Origin: Mytilus californianus
Taxonomy: Eukaryota
Direction: 5' to 3'
DNA length: 64,000 nt
NCBI RefSeq assembly: GCF_021869535.1
Contig: NW_026262745.1
Coordinates: 85,808,001 to 85,872,000, forward strand
Of this stretch, positions 50,101 through 59,812 are shown piece by piece (position 1 is the first letter of the stretch; each line of letters starts with the position of its first letter). Made by a program: the position numbers and the translations under genes. The notes below the pieces were generated by a model. The model saw only the letters and a program-made list of their open reading frames with translations, did no database searches and was not told the origin of the DNA.

Positions 50101-53100
50101 CAATGGGTCAATTTGAAATTAAAACAATGTTTTGAAGACAAAAGATGACGATTCGGTTACCGTGTAGAAATAACATGGACAGCATTGAAAAATAACACTA
50201 AAAAAACTGCAGCAAAAGAAACACATATTATGTTTAGACAATGTGACTACTTCAAAAATACTACGCCATTGGCAATATCCTTCATAAATGATAACTGTTC
50301 TCATTCATGCTGAAATGAATGTAAGTGTAAATCGAACCCCCTTAAACATAATTATATTTATCCTGCAATCGACCTTTCTACTATTCTAATGCAGGTGTAC
50401 AGATAACACGAAGTGATATTCGTATATTAGACGTATATAATCTCCTGGTATCCTGCTTCTGTTGCGAGCGAATGGTTATATCAAATAACTGCTTACGTCA
50501 CAGTTTAATTTGGGGTCCTTATTGCGGTCCGCGTTTAAGTCATGTCGATTTCTTTCAAAAACAAATTCAACGATTGGGATGGAAAAGAAATGTACAAAAT
50601 TAATTGCAGGATAAAGACAATAACTGTTTGTCTTTACTCGGCTCAAAACAGGAGTAATAGCTCGCTGAAGCTCGCATTACACCTGTTTCTTAGCCTCGTA
50701 CAAATACAGCTGATATTTAAAGACACTAAACAGTTATTGTCTATATATACCACTGACAAATCATCAAAATCAAATTTTCTCAAAACCTATGCTTGCAATA
50801 TTCATATCAATCAATTATGTACCTTTGTGAAATGTACACAAAATAAAATATATATATTTTAAATTGATGGCAATTGGTATAAACACCAGGAGATTTATTG
50901 TAATTGACAAAAATGTAAACCGCCTTCAACACATTTGTTGACCTAAAAATTTTATAAACAGGCGTTGTTAATGTGTTGCCTTATTCCTTTTAATAATTTT
51001 TTATATATCATAATACGCCATTTCAGAATCTAAAGCACTACATATAATTCAATTGTTGGCAGCCGAAAACGAAAAAGGCGTCACTTCATCAGTTGAATTT
51101 CTTTTCTACGGTTGCTGTTAGCCAATCACAACATTTTTGTCTATGCTTTTGAAAATTTCCCCCAGAATGCCTCAGATTCTGAAATGACGAATTAAGGTAG
51201 CACAATACAAAGATTTTTTCATCCCCAATCATACAACTTTAAACTGATGTAATTTCTTTCATCAAGCTTTAAATATTATAAATAATTAAGGTACCAAAAG
51301 AAAGAAGAAATATTAATCTTTCAAATGGTGATAATTTCATCATGACATAATTATTACATAATTAATTATTATGTAATTAGTTGCTTTATTGTGATGTCCA
51401 CACATGAATGAAATTAGCTTCTTTGTTATTCATACCATCCCAAAATATTTTATAGATTCTTGTACAACACAGTTTGACCTCCAAAACTGTGTCTCAGATT
51501 TTTCCTATCGTATTTCATTCTTTCATAAACCTTCAATGAAGTTTTCAACCCCAATTCATAAGAGATCACTAAATTTAATTAGGTATAAAATTTGTTCTAT
51601 TGATGTTTTTGGAAATCTGAGACATGGTTTTGAAGATAACTGGTCAAGTAACAACATATGTGAAAATCAGGCATATGGGGGCACCCATCTAGGAGCTAAT
51701 TTCATTTAAAACTACATTTTCATGACAAAAATGAATGTGTCACAATTGAATAAATAAGGATTTTCCTACTTGTACCCCATTAACTTCGATATAATTCAAA
51801 CATGTACCATGCTTCAGGATTGGCCTTTAATCAAAAATCAATTAGGTTTTGACCAGTAAGAAAGCATTCCATGTGAGCAATTCTAAATATATAAAGAAAA
51901 TGCTCACCCTATGCATCAAAAATCAGATCTGGCGGGAGATGTTATATCATTATTGACCTAGCTGTAAGTCAATTGCTACTGATATGGTCAAAACTCCGGC
52001 CACCATGATAAACTTTGACTATTAATGATCTCAGAAGTTTAATTACACATTGCATTTATTTTTTTTTCAAAATGGATTTTATTCTTTTAGTATATAAAAT
52101 AATATATTTTGATTTTTGCTTTGTTACAAAAAGTAAGTTATGCATGTGTACACAAAATGATTAGTTGGTCAGTCTAGAGGATCCTTATGGGGGATTTCTA
52201 GAATTACAATTGTATACAATGAAAATATGGTGTTTTACACAAAGTAGATTTTTTTCTTTTTTGCAGTTTGAAAATGAAATATTTAATTTGTATTTTCCTT
52301 TAAAAAAGAATTCATATTTAAACATTCTCCTCAGGAAATTCTAGTATAAACATCAGCAACATTAATTGTTGTACAATTATCTTTTTTTAATATCTGTACA
52401 TTTATATTTTGATTCCCTCTATATCTTCAAATAGTGTTTTTTTTTCTCCTGGCAGCTCAAATATAGAAATGTATTTTTATTTGGAATTCATTATCTTCAT
52501 TTTTCCATAAATCCCTAATCCACCTCTTTTTTCATAACTGTTATTTTTATTGCTGGTCAGTGGTCATAAAGCTACCAAATGATTCTATTGATAAACCACA
52601 TGTTCTTATCTTGTATCAGTCAGACACCTGCATTTGTTTATAAAACTAATTATCATCAAAACTCATTAACAGTGCAAGATATGTAAATAAATTTTTCTTC
52701 AGTGGTTTTGGAATATTAAGAAGTAACAAAAACAGCTGAAAATGAAATTTTGATAAAATTTAGTTGCTTTTGTATTGTGCTACCTTAACTACTGATATTT
52801 ACTACATGCATTTTATCTTATACTTTGTAGGTTATATGGATAGTTACATTTATATCAGTGGTAGTGTTCTATGTAGACATTGGATTGTGGGTAGGAATTG
52901 GCTTTTCTTTTGTAACAGTTGTCGTCAGGACCCAGGTGTAAGTTTGTGCTAATATAATTGATTGTATGGATTTGTACATTCTCTAAAATCTTTTTTTTTT
53001 AATATTTACATCTTGCATGTTGTCTATTATTAAAAATTTACAAAATTTATCAATTTTCTGATTTAAATTGCTTGAAACTCACTAAATCTGCAAAACCGCT

Positions 53101-56100
53101 TTAAATTTCAAATGGAATACATTGTTATAAAACTGTCTCCATTATTTAAAAAGTCATAATAAGAAAAATGGTTGACCGATGTGTCGTCAAATGGATGTCA
53201 CGAAAACAACCATACACAAGTCAATCATTCGATTACTTCGAACCCCCCACACAGTGTTTATCGTATGGAAACTGAACTGTTTTTTTAAATCAGTGCGAAT
53301 CTTGCATTTCACAAATTCCCGACAGTATAAGTTACAAATGTAAGAAAAAAGAAATAATCATTGATATAAATATGACTCATGTCTGCTATACAAGCTGTTT
53401 TTGAAATCGTAAAAAGTGAGATCAAATTTGCAGTACAAAAGAATAGCCTTAACATTTAGTTAAAGACATTATCCTAATTGTTGCATATATATTAAATACA
53501 GGATTTATTTTTCAGTGCTAAGGCCAGGATATTAAAGAAAATCGATCCTGTTAATGCATTTGCAGATGAATCTAAATATATTAAGGTACATATATAATTG
53601 TAATGGTATTTAGTTATGAAACGGAAATTTTGAAGAACTTAAGACAGTTTTTTTTTAACAGAAAAAAATAATGGGGGACACAGTCTTTCTCGTAGATAAA
53701 AACCCCATTTTCAGTTCTGACATGAAGTGTCACCGATCATATGATTTCCTCCGACAACTTTATTTTAAACCTAAAAATATGGTACAAGAATACAGAAATG
53801 TAGAAAATACCAAATAACAGTATTTGAATGGGGTAGAGTTTCAATGTAGAAAAGTACAACAAAAATATCGAACTCCAAGGTAAATTCAAAAAGGGGGAAT
53901 TCCATAAAAACTGACAAAATCAAACCTTATCAACCGACTACTTTCCAATATATTCTCTTGGGTTTAGCAACCATTTGATGGGACTTCTCTATGGTAGTCA
54001 GTAACCCATTCACCTCCTGCTCCATGGTATGATAAGGAACCCGTACAACAATTGGTCACATGATAAATTAAATCGACTTCCAATTATCTCAGAAAACTTC
54101 AATAAAACATAAGTTCAAATGAAAGTAAAGTTGAACAGTCTGGATATTCCCAAATATAATATATAGCAGCACCATAATTGTCATCATCATGAAACGAACA
54201 ACTGTATAACTTAATTTCATTTAACTTACAGACTCGTCATCATGATAAGCACATTTGTATAACTTAATTTCATTTAATTTACAGACTCGTCATCATGATA
54301 CGCACATTTGTACAACTTAATTTCATTTAACTTACAGACTTATTATGATGAAACGAACACATGTATAACTTGATTTGATTTAATTCACAGACTCGTGGAT
54401 TCTCGGGAATAAGGATTGTTGGTTTCAACGCGCCACTGTATTTTGCTAACGGCGATCTTTTCCTCCGACAAGTGTATACCTTATCCGATACCAAACCAGA
54501 ACGTGTAAGGAAACAAATAAAAAGGCTTGGATCCATATCGGAATTCAGAAGACAGGTATGAAAGTAAACTTTCTTAAAAAGATGTTTTAAAACGTGTTAA
54601 ATGTATAAATGAATGCGATCTTTATTAAGTATCGCTGAAGTTGCAAGATTCTAGACAATATAAATGAATTGTTATGATGAGGGTTTCAAAGGAACTCACA
54701 AGTTCCTACTAGCAATTGTCTCAATTATTTTGTTGAGTATCGTATATATATTTACCAATTTTCATTAAATCGTGAAAAGTTTATCAGTTAACACATGTAA
54801 CACATGCGATCAGACACAATATTACCTATCACGAAATATATACAACAAAAAAATGTCTGTTTCAATTTTTTCCTTCCTAGATATCAAAGGGACGACAGGT
54901 CGATGTTTTTTCAGTTCAAAATTCGGAAATATCAAATCTGATTAAAATACAAATCCTGTGTCCATACTTTACTTACAATGATCTGACAACACTCTGTTCT
55001 TCTTTCTGTTCTGGTAATTATTACTTAAGCCAATGAAACTTCAGCCTTCAAATATTTAAAGGTGTATATCATTACGTCAAAACCAGAGGATCCCGAAAGA
55101 TTTTTAAAGCAGAAAGTAGAATGTTAGTTACTTGTTATCGAAGCGTGGACACATGATCTGCAGTTCAATCAGATTTGGAAAATATCGTTTTTTTTGTCAA
55201 CGTTTACTTGTTCCTTCTAACAGAAGTTCCTTAGAAAACTGTGTTATAAACAATGCTATAGTATCTTTTCCTGTTAGAACAATCATTCCATACCCAATAT
55301 TTCACCAGGAGCGAATGGTGTTATATCTCTTCCAATGGAAATAATTTTTCGGAATATTTCTTCCATTTATATCTATTCTATAATATTATAAAAGTTCTAT
55401 TTTTCATTACATTTTCAACGCTTACGGTATCATACATATCGCTTTAGACTTTAGAGGAGTAACTCCATTTTCGATTTTCTACAAACAAATTGACGGTTGT
55501 TGAAGGAAGAACTCACCAATTCTGTTGCGTATTCTGGTTAAGTATGAAAACGGCTACAGCAACAGATATGGTGGCAAGTGTTTTCACGAAAATATCATAG
55601 AAATCGGTGCTCAATCTATTTTCAGTCCGGAAAACCTAAAGACATGTTTGTTTTGGCCTTAGGAGTACTGTACATGTTTATTATTTTAGTTTCCTAGCAG
55701 ATACATGGTTCCGATAATAGTTTTATATCATTTCCATTCCGCCCTTATTATATGACATACCTATATTTGAACCAAAACAAAAAAACGTACATGCTCATAT
55801 AATGTTTTATAAAGATCAAAGTCATTCTGATGTTGTTTTGTTTTTAATCTAGAGTTCCCTCAAATCGCTAGAGTCTATATCATCATTCCGTTCAGCTCGT
55901 TCTGATTCCTCGACTAGAAGTTCAAATACAGGAAACTCGTTAGAAGAGAATGGATTCTTGCCAACATCCAATGATCTTGCTCCAATGGGAAGACCAATAG
56001 ATACCAGTATGGCCGACTGTGGATACGTCCATCATATAATTCTTGACTGTTCCTCCATATGTTTTATTGATACGGTGGGCGGAAAGATTCTTAAACAGGT

Positions 56101-59100
56101 AATGTTTCGAATCGCTTCTTTCTTAAGAGCTGATTTGCTTTGGACCTTACGATAACCGTAACATATACGACTTCTTAGATGAAAATATTATCATTTGAAT
56201 CAGAATAAGTTTATTGTTAACTTCTTCGCCATTTGGGGCTTCAGCAGGGTATGCCTTTAGGTCACAAGTTCATGTTCTAAATTGCCTCAGGTCACCAGGT
56301 CACTTTTAACCAAATTTGGCAGGTTTATATTTTAACAATAAACCTGTGGTAAAGGTCACAGATCCTTGTACATGAGACGTCAGATCGTAAGGTCTCCTGG
56401 CACACTCCAAGGTCGCAGTTCGGAGTTGACCTTGTTCGAGCCACTCATTAGGTCTCTTGTTGAAAGTTGTCTTATTGACAATCATATCACAGCTTCTTAT
56501 TTTTCTTTTAACTACATTATTAGTTTTTAATAGTACTAGCTGAGAATGAAATACTAAGAGAATCATCACACTGGATAAAGATACTTCAAACTTTAAGTTC
56601 CTGCAGAAAGTAAGAAAACGTATGATATGACTACAGTGTGTGAAATGAGCGTTTCTTGAGTGACATTCATACTGTACCTCTGATGAATATATTAATGAAG
56701 TAAAAACCGTATTTCAAAAGGACGTAGTGGCTCAGGAAATTTCAACCTTGTCTCGCCTGGTATTATTGGCTAATACTCATTCTAAAAATTGTTTATATGT
56801 TCATAATTCACGCCAATGCTTGTCTGTTTATACCTAGGCTTATGATAGGTATGTTACACATGTTAGCACATTGTACATAATAGACATCAAATAAGACAAA
56901 ACAAATCAAGTTTTGAACAATCTCATTTAATAAAATACACACAAAACTAAGCGTCTCAGTGAAGAGCAAAACAGCATATTCGTTTTGGCAAATATCACGG
57001 CAGAGGTATTTATATACTGGTAATGGTGAAATATGCTTATAAAAGAAAATACAAGCAAAATACAATATCCACCAATTTAAATCCAGGATACATATGCAAC
57101 GTTTTGTTATCACACTAATTGAGCAACTTTTTCTCATCATAATTCTTTGGCATCTAGTGCATTGTTTTATCATTAGCAATCGTACCATATTTCCATTTTA
57201 TGATAACTATAGTTTAAAGGGAGGTAAATGATATAATTGACAATGTAGTAATTATTTTAACAGTCAATTCTAACGTGACCAGTCAACTATTTAGCTAATA
57301 CTTCGAACACTTTCTGAAATGAAGAAGGTAATGGAGTAGACAAGAAATGATTACTTTTAAGTTGATAAAAAATAAATAGATGTTTAATTTATTTTTTTCA
57401 GTTGTGTGATGATTATAAATCAATTCATGTAACAGTGCTTCTGGCGTGCGTCTGTGGTATGTATAGATAAATTTGAAAATAAAAATAATATCGACATGAT
57501 AGTAATAATATGTATGCATGTCCAATGTCATCAGTCAAAAATGGTTATTTAGAAATGTTGTTTTAAATTTTAATCGGTATATGCTTTTTTGATACAAATA
57601 AGTTATTTAAAATAATATATATTTCTAGTAACAATGGAGTTTTAGATAAATCATTAGTATCAATAGTTTGTTTTTAAAATTAAACTAAAACAAATTTCGA
57701 CTGTCAAAATTGTGAAACATTGGGTTTGACAACTAAATGTCTAAGTTGTTTGTTCTCTGACGTAAGGTCACACTCAAAATAGAATCTGATGGAAACCCAT
57801 GGAAAGAATAAAAGCACAACGCTTTGAATCAGGGTTCTGGCAAAAATATTGTTCATAATAACTGAACTATAAGTATAAAATGTCATTTATTTGAACGAGC
57901 CAATGAAGGGAATCAGACTGCACTAAAACAGTAAAAAAAAGAGAGATAATTCAAATTATTTTTCAGCTGCGAATGCTGAATCGGAAATTTTAAAATCAGT
58001 AAGGAGAGAAACGGTACTGTTCGTTAGCTGCGAATGCTGAATAACAATTCATAGTCGAGTTAAGGTGCAACAGGATTTTCAAAAAATGGCAACTATAACT
58101 GAAATATCTACTACTCTAAAATATTGTTTTATAATCATGTTTTGGTTTTTTAAGCACAACTCATGCCATTTTATTTGAAACTTACACATAGATATTCCTG
58201 TTTCAGATCAGGCATGGTCAGTGCTAGAAAAGACAAAGTTTGTGGAAAAACATGGAGACGTTATGTATATGACAGTTGAAGATGCAGTTACTGCTGCTAG
58301 ACTTGCATCACCAGCAGAAGAGGTAGGCAATTATTTCAATGATTTCAGTTTTAAAATACAGCTATGTTTCATCCATAAATTTTGATATCAAATTTGTAAC
58401 ACTGACAATGTTTGCTCTACTAACAAATAAGATTAACAGCTTAATGACAATGTCAAATACACAGTAATGTTCATTAGTCAATAAGTTTTTTTTTATTTTT
58501 GCGGTATTGCAAAATTTTTAGAAAAGGTTGAATTGAAAATTATTAACTGGGACATGTTAAATCAGATGTTAAATGTTGTACACGTGTTTCATCTATAAAA
58601 AATTTGAAAAGGTCAAATAAAGATTTTGAAGAGCATTGAGGACCCAAAATTCCGAAAGATTTTGCCAAATACAGATAAGGTAATCTTTTACTTGGGTAGA
58701 ACATCCTTATTATTTCCAAACATTCAAAGTTTGGGAAACAATTTCTTTATAATTATGACCACATCATTGTTAATTCATGTCAACACAGCAGTGCTGACAA
58801 CTAGGCTTGTGATAACCTGTGGAAGGAAACCTCCACCAGCATTGGTAACTTTCATAAACGATAGGAAAACGTTCTTATATGGATAATGAGACGCTTGGAG
58901 CATAAACTACTTTTATTGGTCTCTAATATGATAATGAAAACTTAATATCTTTATAGGCAGTGGAATTTTTATAAATAACAGTAATGGTTTTTTTTAAACT
59001 AGTGATATTTTGTTTGCATGCACATGACTAACAGAACTAACAAATTTACGAATTTTCAGAGAAAATTGCAAATTTATCTTGATACTATCATGGAAGAATC

Positions 59101-59143
59101 CGAAATTAACACAGAGACACAATTGATTTCTGTTAATACTTGA
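37846..59143 (+). CDS. SLC26: SLC26/SulP anion transporter, prestin (SLC26A5)-like, 17 coding exons, 783 aa
   Basis: Hand-spliced exons, all GT-AG and phase-consistent, total 2352 nt: 37846-38197, 39328-39438, 40721-40926, 41348-41512, 42367-42522, 43104-43186, 43894-44041, 44738-44851, 46970-47047, 47683-47778, 52831-52937, 53516-53585, 54391-54555, 55853-56098, 57402-57456, 58207-58322, 59060-59143. Family motifs: [51 protein letters not shown], and STAS motifs FNAPLYFAN and [15 protein letters not shown]. Orthology within SLC26 not determined. Confidence 0.95.
39328..39438 (+). CDS. SLC26: SLC26 coding exon 2
   Basis: TTCTAG|GT ATG...; [37 protein letters not shown]; donor GTAAGT. Confidence 0.95.
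40721..40926 (+). CDS. SLC26: SLC26 coding exon 3
   Basis: [11 protein letters not shown]...YNVTGGNYT (two N-glycosylation sequons)...CFLVGVIQ; donor GTAAGT. Confidence 0.95.
41348..41512 (+). CDS. SLC26: SLC26 coding exon 4
   Basis: [41 protein letters not shown]...; AG/GTAAGT boundaries. Confidence 0.95.
42367..42522 (+). CDS. SLC26: SLC26 coding exon 5
   Basis: [18 protein letters not shown]...[10 protein letters not shown]; TTTCAG / GTGAGT. Confidence 0.93.
42802..42873 (+). repeat. 28-bp inverted repeat (hairpin) formed from the family F 3' end, SLC26 intron 5
   Basis: Arms 42802-42829 and 42846-42873; 25 Watson-Crick plus 3 G-U pairs; 16-nt loop. Confidence 0.9.
43104..43186 (+). CDS. 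SLC26: SLC26 coding exon 6
   Basis: [28 protein letters not shown]; phase-2 donor GTAAAC. Confidence 0.92.
43684..43868. mobile_element. Degenerate MITE ending 25 bp before exon 7
   Basis: AATTCGATGTTTCAG vs reverse complement AATTCGAAGTTTGAG; internal match to 33244-33408. Confidence 0.55.
43894..44041 (+). CDS. SLC26: SLC26 coding exon 7
   Basis: LPEPKIP...[27 protein letters not shown]; donor GTATAC. Confidence 0.93.
44310..44752 (+). repeat. ~55-bp tandem array (8 units) of the exon 8 splice acceptor
   Basis: Unit AAACACATACTCTTTTTCACTATTCTAG|GAATTCATTGC.TAT...; the last unit is the true acceptor. Confidence 0.93.
44738..44851 (+). CDS. SLC26: SLC26 coding exon 8
   Basis: [38 protein letters not shown]; donor GTAAAT. 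Confidence 0.95.
45030..45585. repeat. 33-bp minisatellite, ~17 units, SLC26 intron 8
   Basis: Unit GAGCAACATGATCCTCACCAAAGTCTGGTGTGT; grows out of a reverse-oriented family D copy (44940-45055). Confidence 0.97.
45807..46092 (-). mobile_element. Interspersed repeat family G
   Basis: Same family as the degenerate pieces at ~1690-1850, ~6060-6260, ~53850-53930 and 59650-59812. Confidence 0.7.
45918..46019 (-). ncRNA. Type-P5 twister-like element (family G)
   Basis: P5 CTGTCATA/TATGACAG; GA-GGT; T-AA at 45976/45975; P3 CATTT/AAATG; loop TACCAAGT; T1 ACC/GGT; T2 AC/GT; one P4 mismatch. Confidence 0.65.
46970..47047 (+). CDS. SLC26: SLC26 coding exon 9
   Basis: [26 protein letters not shown]; donor GTAAGT. 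Confidence 0.93.
47176..47394. mobile_element. MITE family B in SLC26 intron 9
   Basis: GAGGATCTGGATG...AATAGAGAATAATGGG...CCCTTCCAGACCGTC. Confidence 0.7.
47683..47778 (+). CDS. SLC26: SLC26 coding exon 10
   Basis: [32 protein letters not shown]; donor GTAAGT. Confidence 0.93.
48077..49011 (-). mobile_element. Composite retroposed element: hammerhead relic plus two tandem ~280-bp twister-bearing units plus 3' end
   Basis: Hammerhead 48751-48794; twister-like 48537-48628 and 48257-48348; 3' end CGGTATACTACTGTTGCCTTTATTT. Confidence 0.7.
48751..48794 (-). ncRNA. Type I hammerhead ribozyme relic
   Basis: GCGTCA CTGGTTA GTCT TGTGT GGAC GAAA CGCGC GTC TTGCGT. Stem II intact, palindromic stem III, two core mutations. 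Confidence 0.7.
49126..49624 (+). mobile_element. Family F copy with a 184-bp tandem duplication and twister-like element (49282-49364)
   Basis: TTTAACCCCG at 49133 and 49317; family F 3' end at ~49620. Confidence 0.8.
49862..50033 (+). mobile_element. 3' end fragment of the family seen at 48077-48250
   Basis: Ends CAGCGCTATACTACTGTTGCCTTTATTT. Confidence 0.75.
51011..51194. mobile_element. 184-bp MITE
   Basis: TAATACGCCATTTCAGAATCT vs reverse complement TAATTCGTCATTTCAGAATCT (19/21). Confidence 0.8.
51196..52784. mobile_element. 1.59-kb non-autonomous TIR element with TTAA TSD (Kolobok-like)
   Basis: TTAA|GGTAGCACAATACAAA ... TTTGTATTGTGCTACC|TTAA, perfect 16-bp TIR; no transposase ORF seen. 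Confidence 0.85.
52831..52937 (+). CDS. SLC26: SLC26 coding exon 11
   Basis: [35 protein letters not shown]; phase-2 donor GT|GTAAGT. Confidence 0.92.
53516..53585 (+). CDS. SLC26: SLC26 coding exon 12
   Basis: [23 protein letters not shown]; frame fits both neighbours. Confidence 0.88.
54184..54396 (+). repeat. 53-bp tandem array (4 units) of the exon 13 splice acceptor
   Basis: Unit TGTATAACTTAATTTCATTTAACTTACAG|ACTCGT...; AG ends at 54231, 54284, 54337, 54390. Confidence 0.93.
54391..54555 (+). CDS. SLC26: SLC26 coding exon 13 (STAS start)
   Basis: [24 protein letters not shown]...EFRRQ; donor GTATGA. Confidence 0.93.
55853..56098 (+). CDS. SLC26: SLC26 coding exon 14 (STAS intervening sequence plus core)
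   Basis: Ser-rich stretch, then [24 protein letters not shown]; donor GTAATG. Confidence 0.92.
57402..57456 (+). CDS. SLC26: SLC26 coding exon 15
   Basis: [18 protein letters not shown]; TTTTCAG / G|GTATGT; supplies the required phase 0 to phase 1 link. Confidence 0.88.
58207..58322 (+). CDS. SLC26: SLC26 coding exon 16
   Basis: [31 protein letters not shown] (STAS end); donor GTAGGC. Confidence 0.9.
58575..58870 (-). mobile_element. Degenerate copy of the hammerhead-associated repeat (cf. 48800-49010)
   Basis: Shared TTGAAGAGCATTGAGGACC.AAA.TTC block. Confidence 0.6.
59060..59143 (+). CDS. SLC26: SLC26 probable terminal coding exon 17
   Basis: TTTTCAG|[27 protein letters not shown]; in frame, but no family motif to anchor it. 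Confidence 0.7.
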   Translation, partial: RKLQIYLDTIMEESEINTETQLISVNT

Positions 59144-59154
59144 CAGTGAGTAAT

Positions 59155-59450
59155 GGGATTCAATGGGGATTATTATCGCTACTTTCCCACATACATTTAT
59201 TTGAACTACTTTTTAGTTTTAGTTGATCGTATTATCATATACTGCCATCTTATTAATTTTAAATGGTGGTAAAGGCTAGGAAAATGAATGAACGGATATG
59301 AATGGGATTCACTGGGAAATACTATCGCTACTTTCCCATATACATTTTCTCTCAATCTATTTTTAGTTTTAGTTCATCTTATTTTCATATACTGTCAGCA
59401 TACTAATTGAAATGGTGGTAATTACTTAGAAAATTAATGAGATAATATGA
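59155..59450. repeat. 149-bp tandem duplication just downstream of the SLC26 stop
   Basis: GGGATTCA.TGGG...TATCGCTACTTTCCCA...TTTTAGTTTTAGTT...AAATGGTGGTAA at 59155 and 59304. Confidence 0.85.
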
Positions 59451-59649
59451 GCAGGTTTGGTCATTACGCGTTGAATTTAAACAATGAAAGAGACAACACT
59501 TTTGAGAACTCAAATAACTCATTCTGATCGGTAGTTTTTCTACTTAATTTCTCTTAATTTTGTTGCATCGATTTGAATGAATTTGAATAAATGGTACAGC
59601 TGCGGGAATATAAATGACACAATGATTAAATATGTTAAAATGAAAGTAC

Positions 59650-59812
59650 TTAATCCACTATTTTCTACATAAGGAAATGCCTGTACCAATTCAGGAATAT
59701 GACAGTCGGTTTCCATTTGTTTGATGCGTCTGAGCTTTTGATTTTGCCATTTGTTAAGGAACTTTCCGTTACCAATTTTCCTTGGAATTCGAATTTTTAT
59801 AATTTTACTTTT
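59650..59812 (+). mobile_element. Family G copy starting at the twister cleavage region
   Basis: TTAATCCACT...AAATGCCTGTACCAATTCAGGAATATGACAG. Confidence 0.7.

Noticed and set aside
52936-52937. Alternative donor CAG|GTGTAA two bases upstream
   Set aside because: Would frameshift exon 12; GTAAGT at 52938 is the consensus match and keeps frame
56940-57010. Candidate for the missing STAS exon ([11 protein letters not shown])
   Set aside because: No suitable acceptor and wrong phase; 57402-57456 fits sequence and phase
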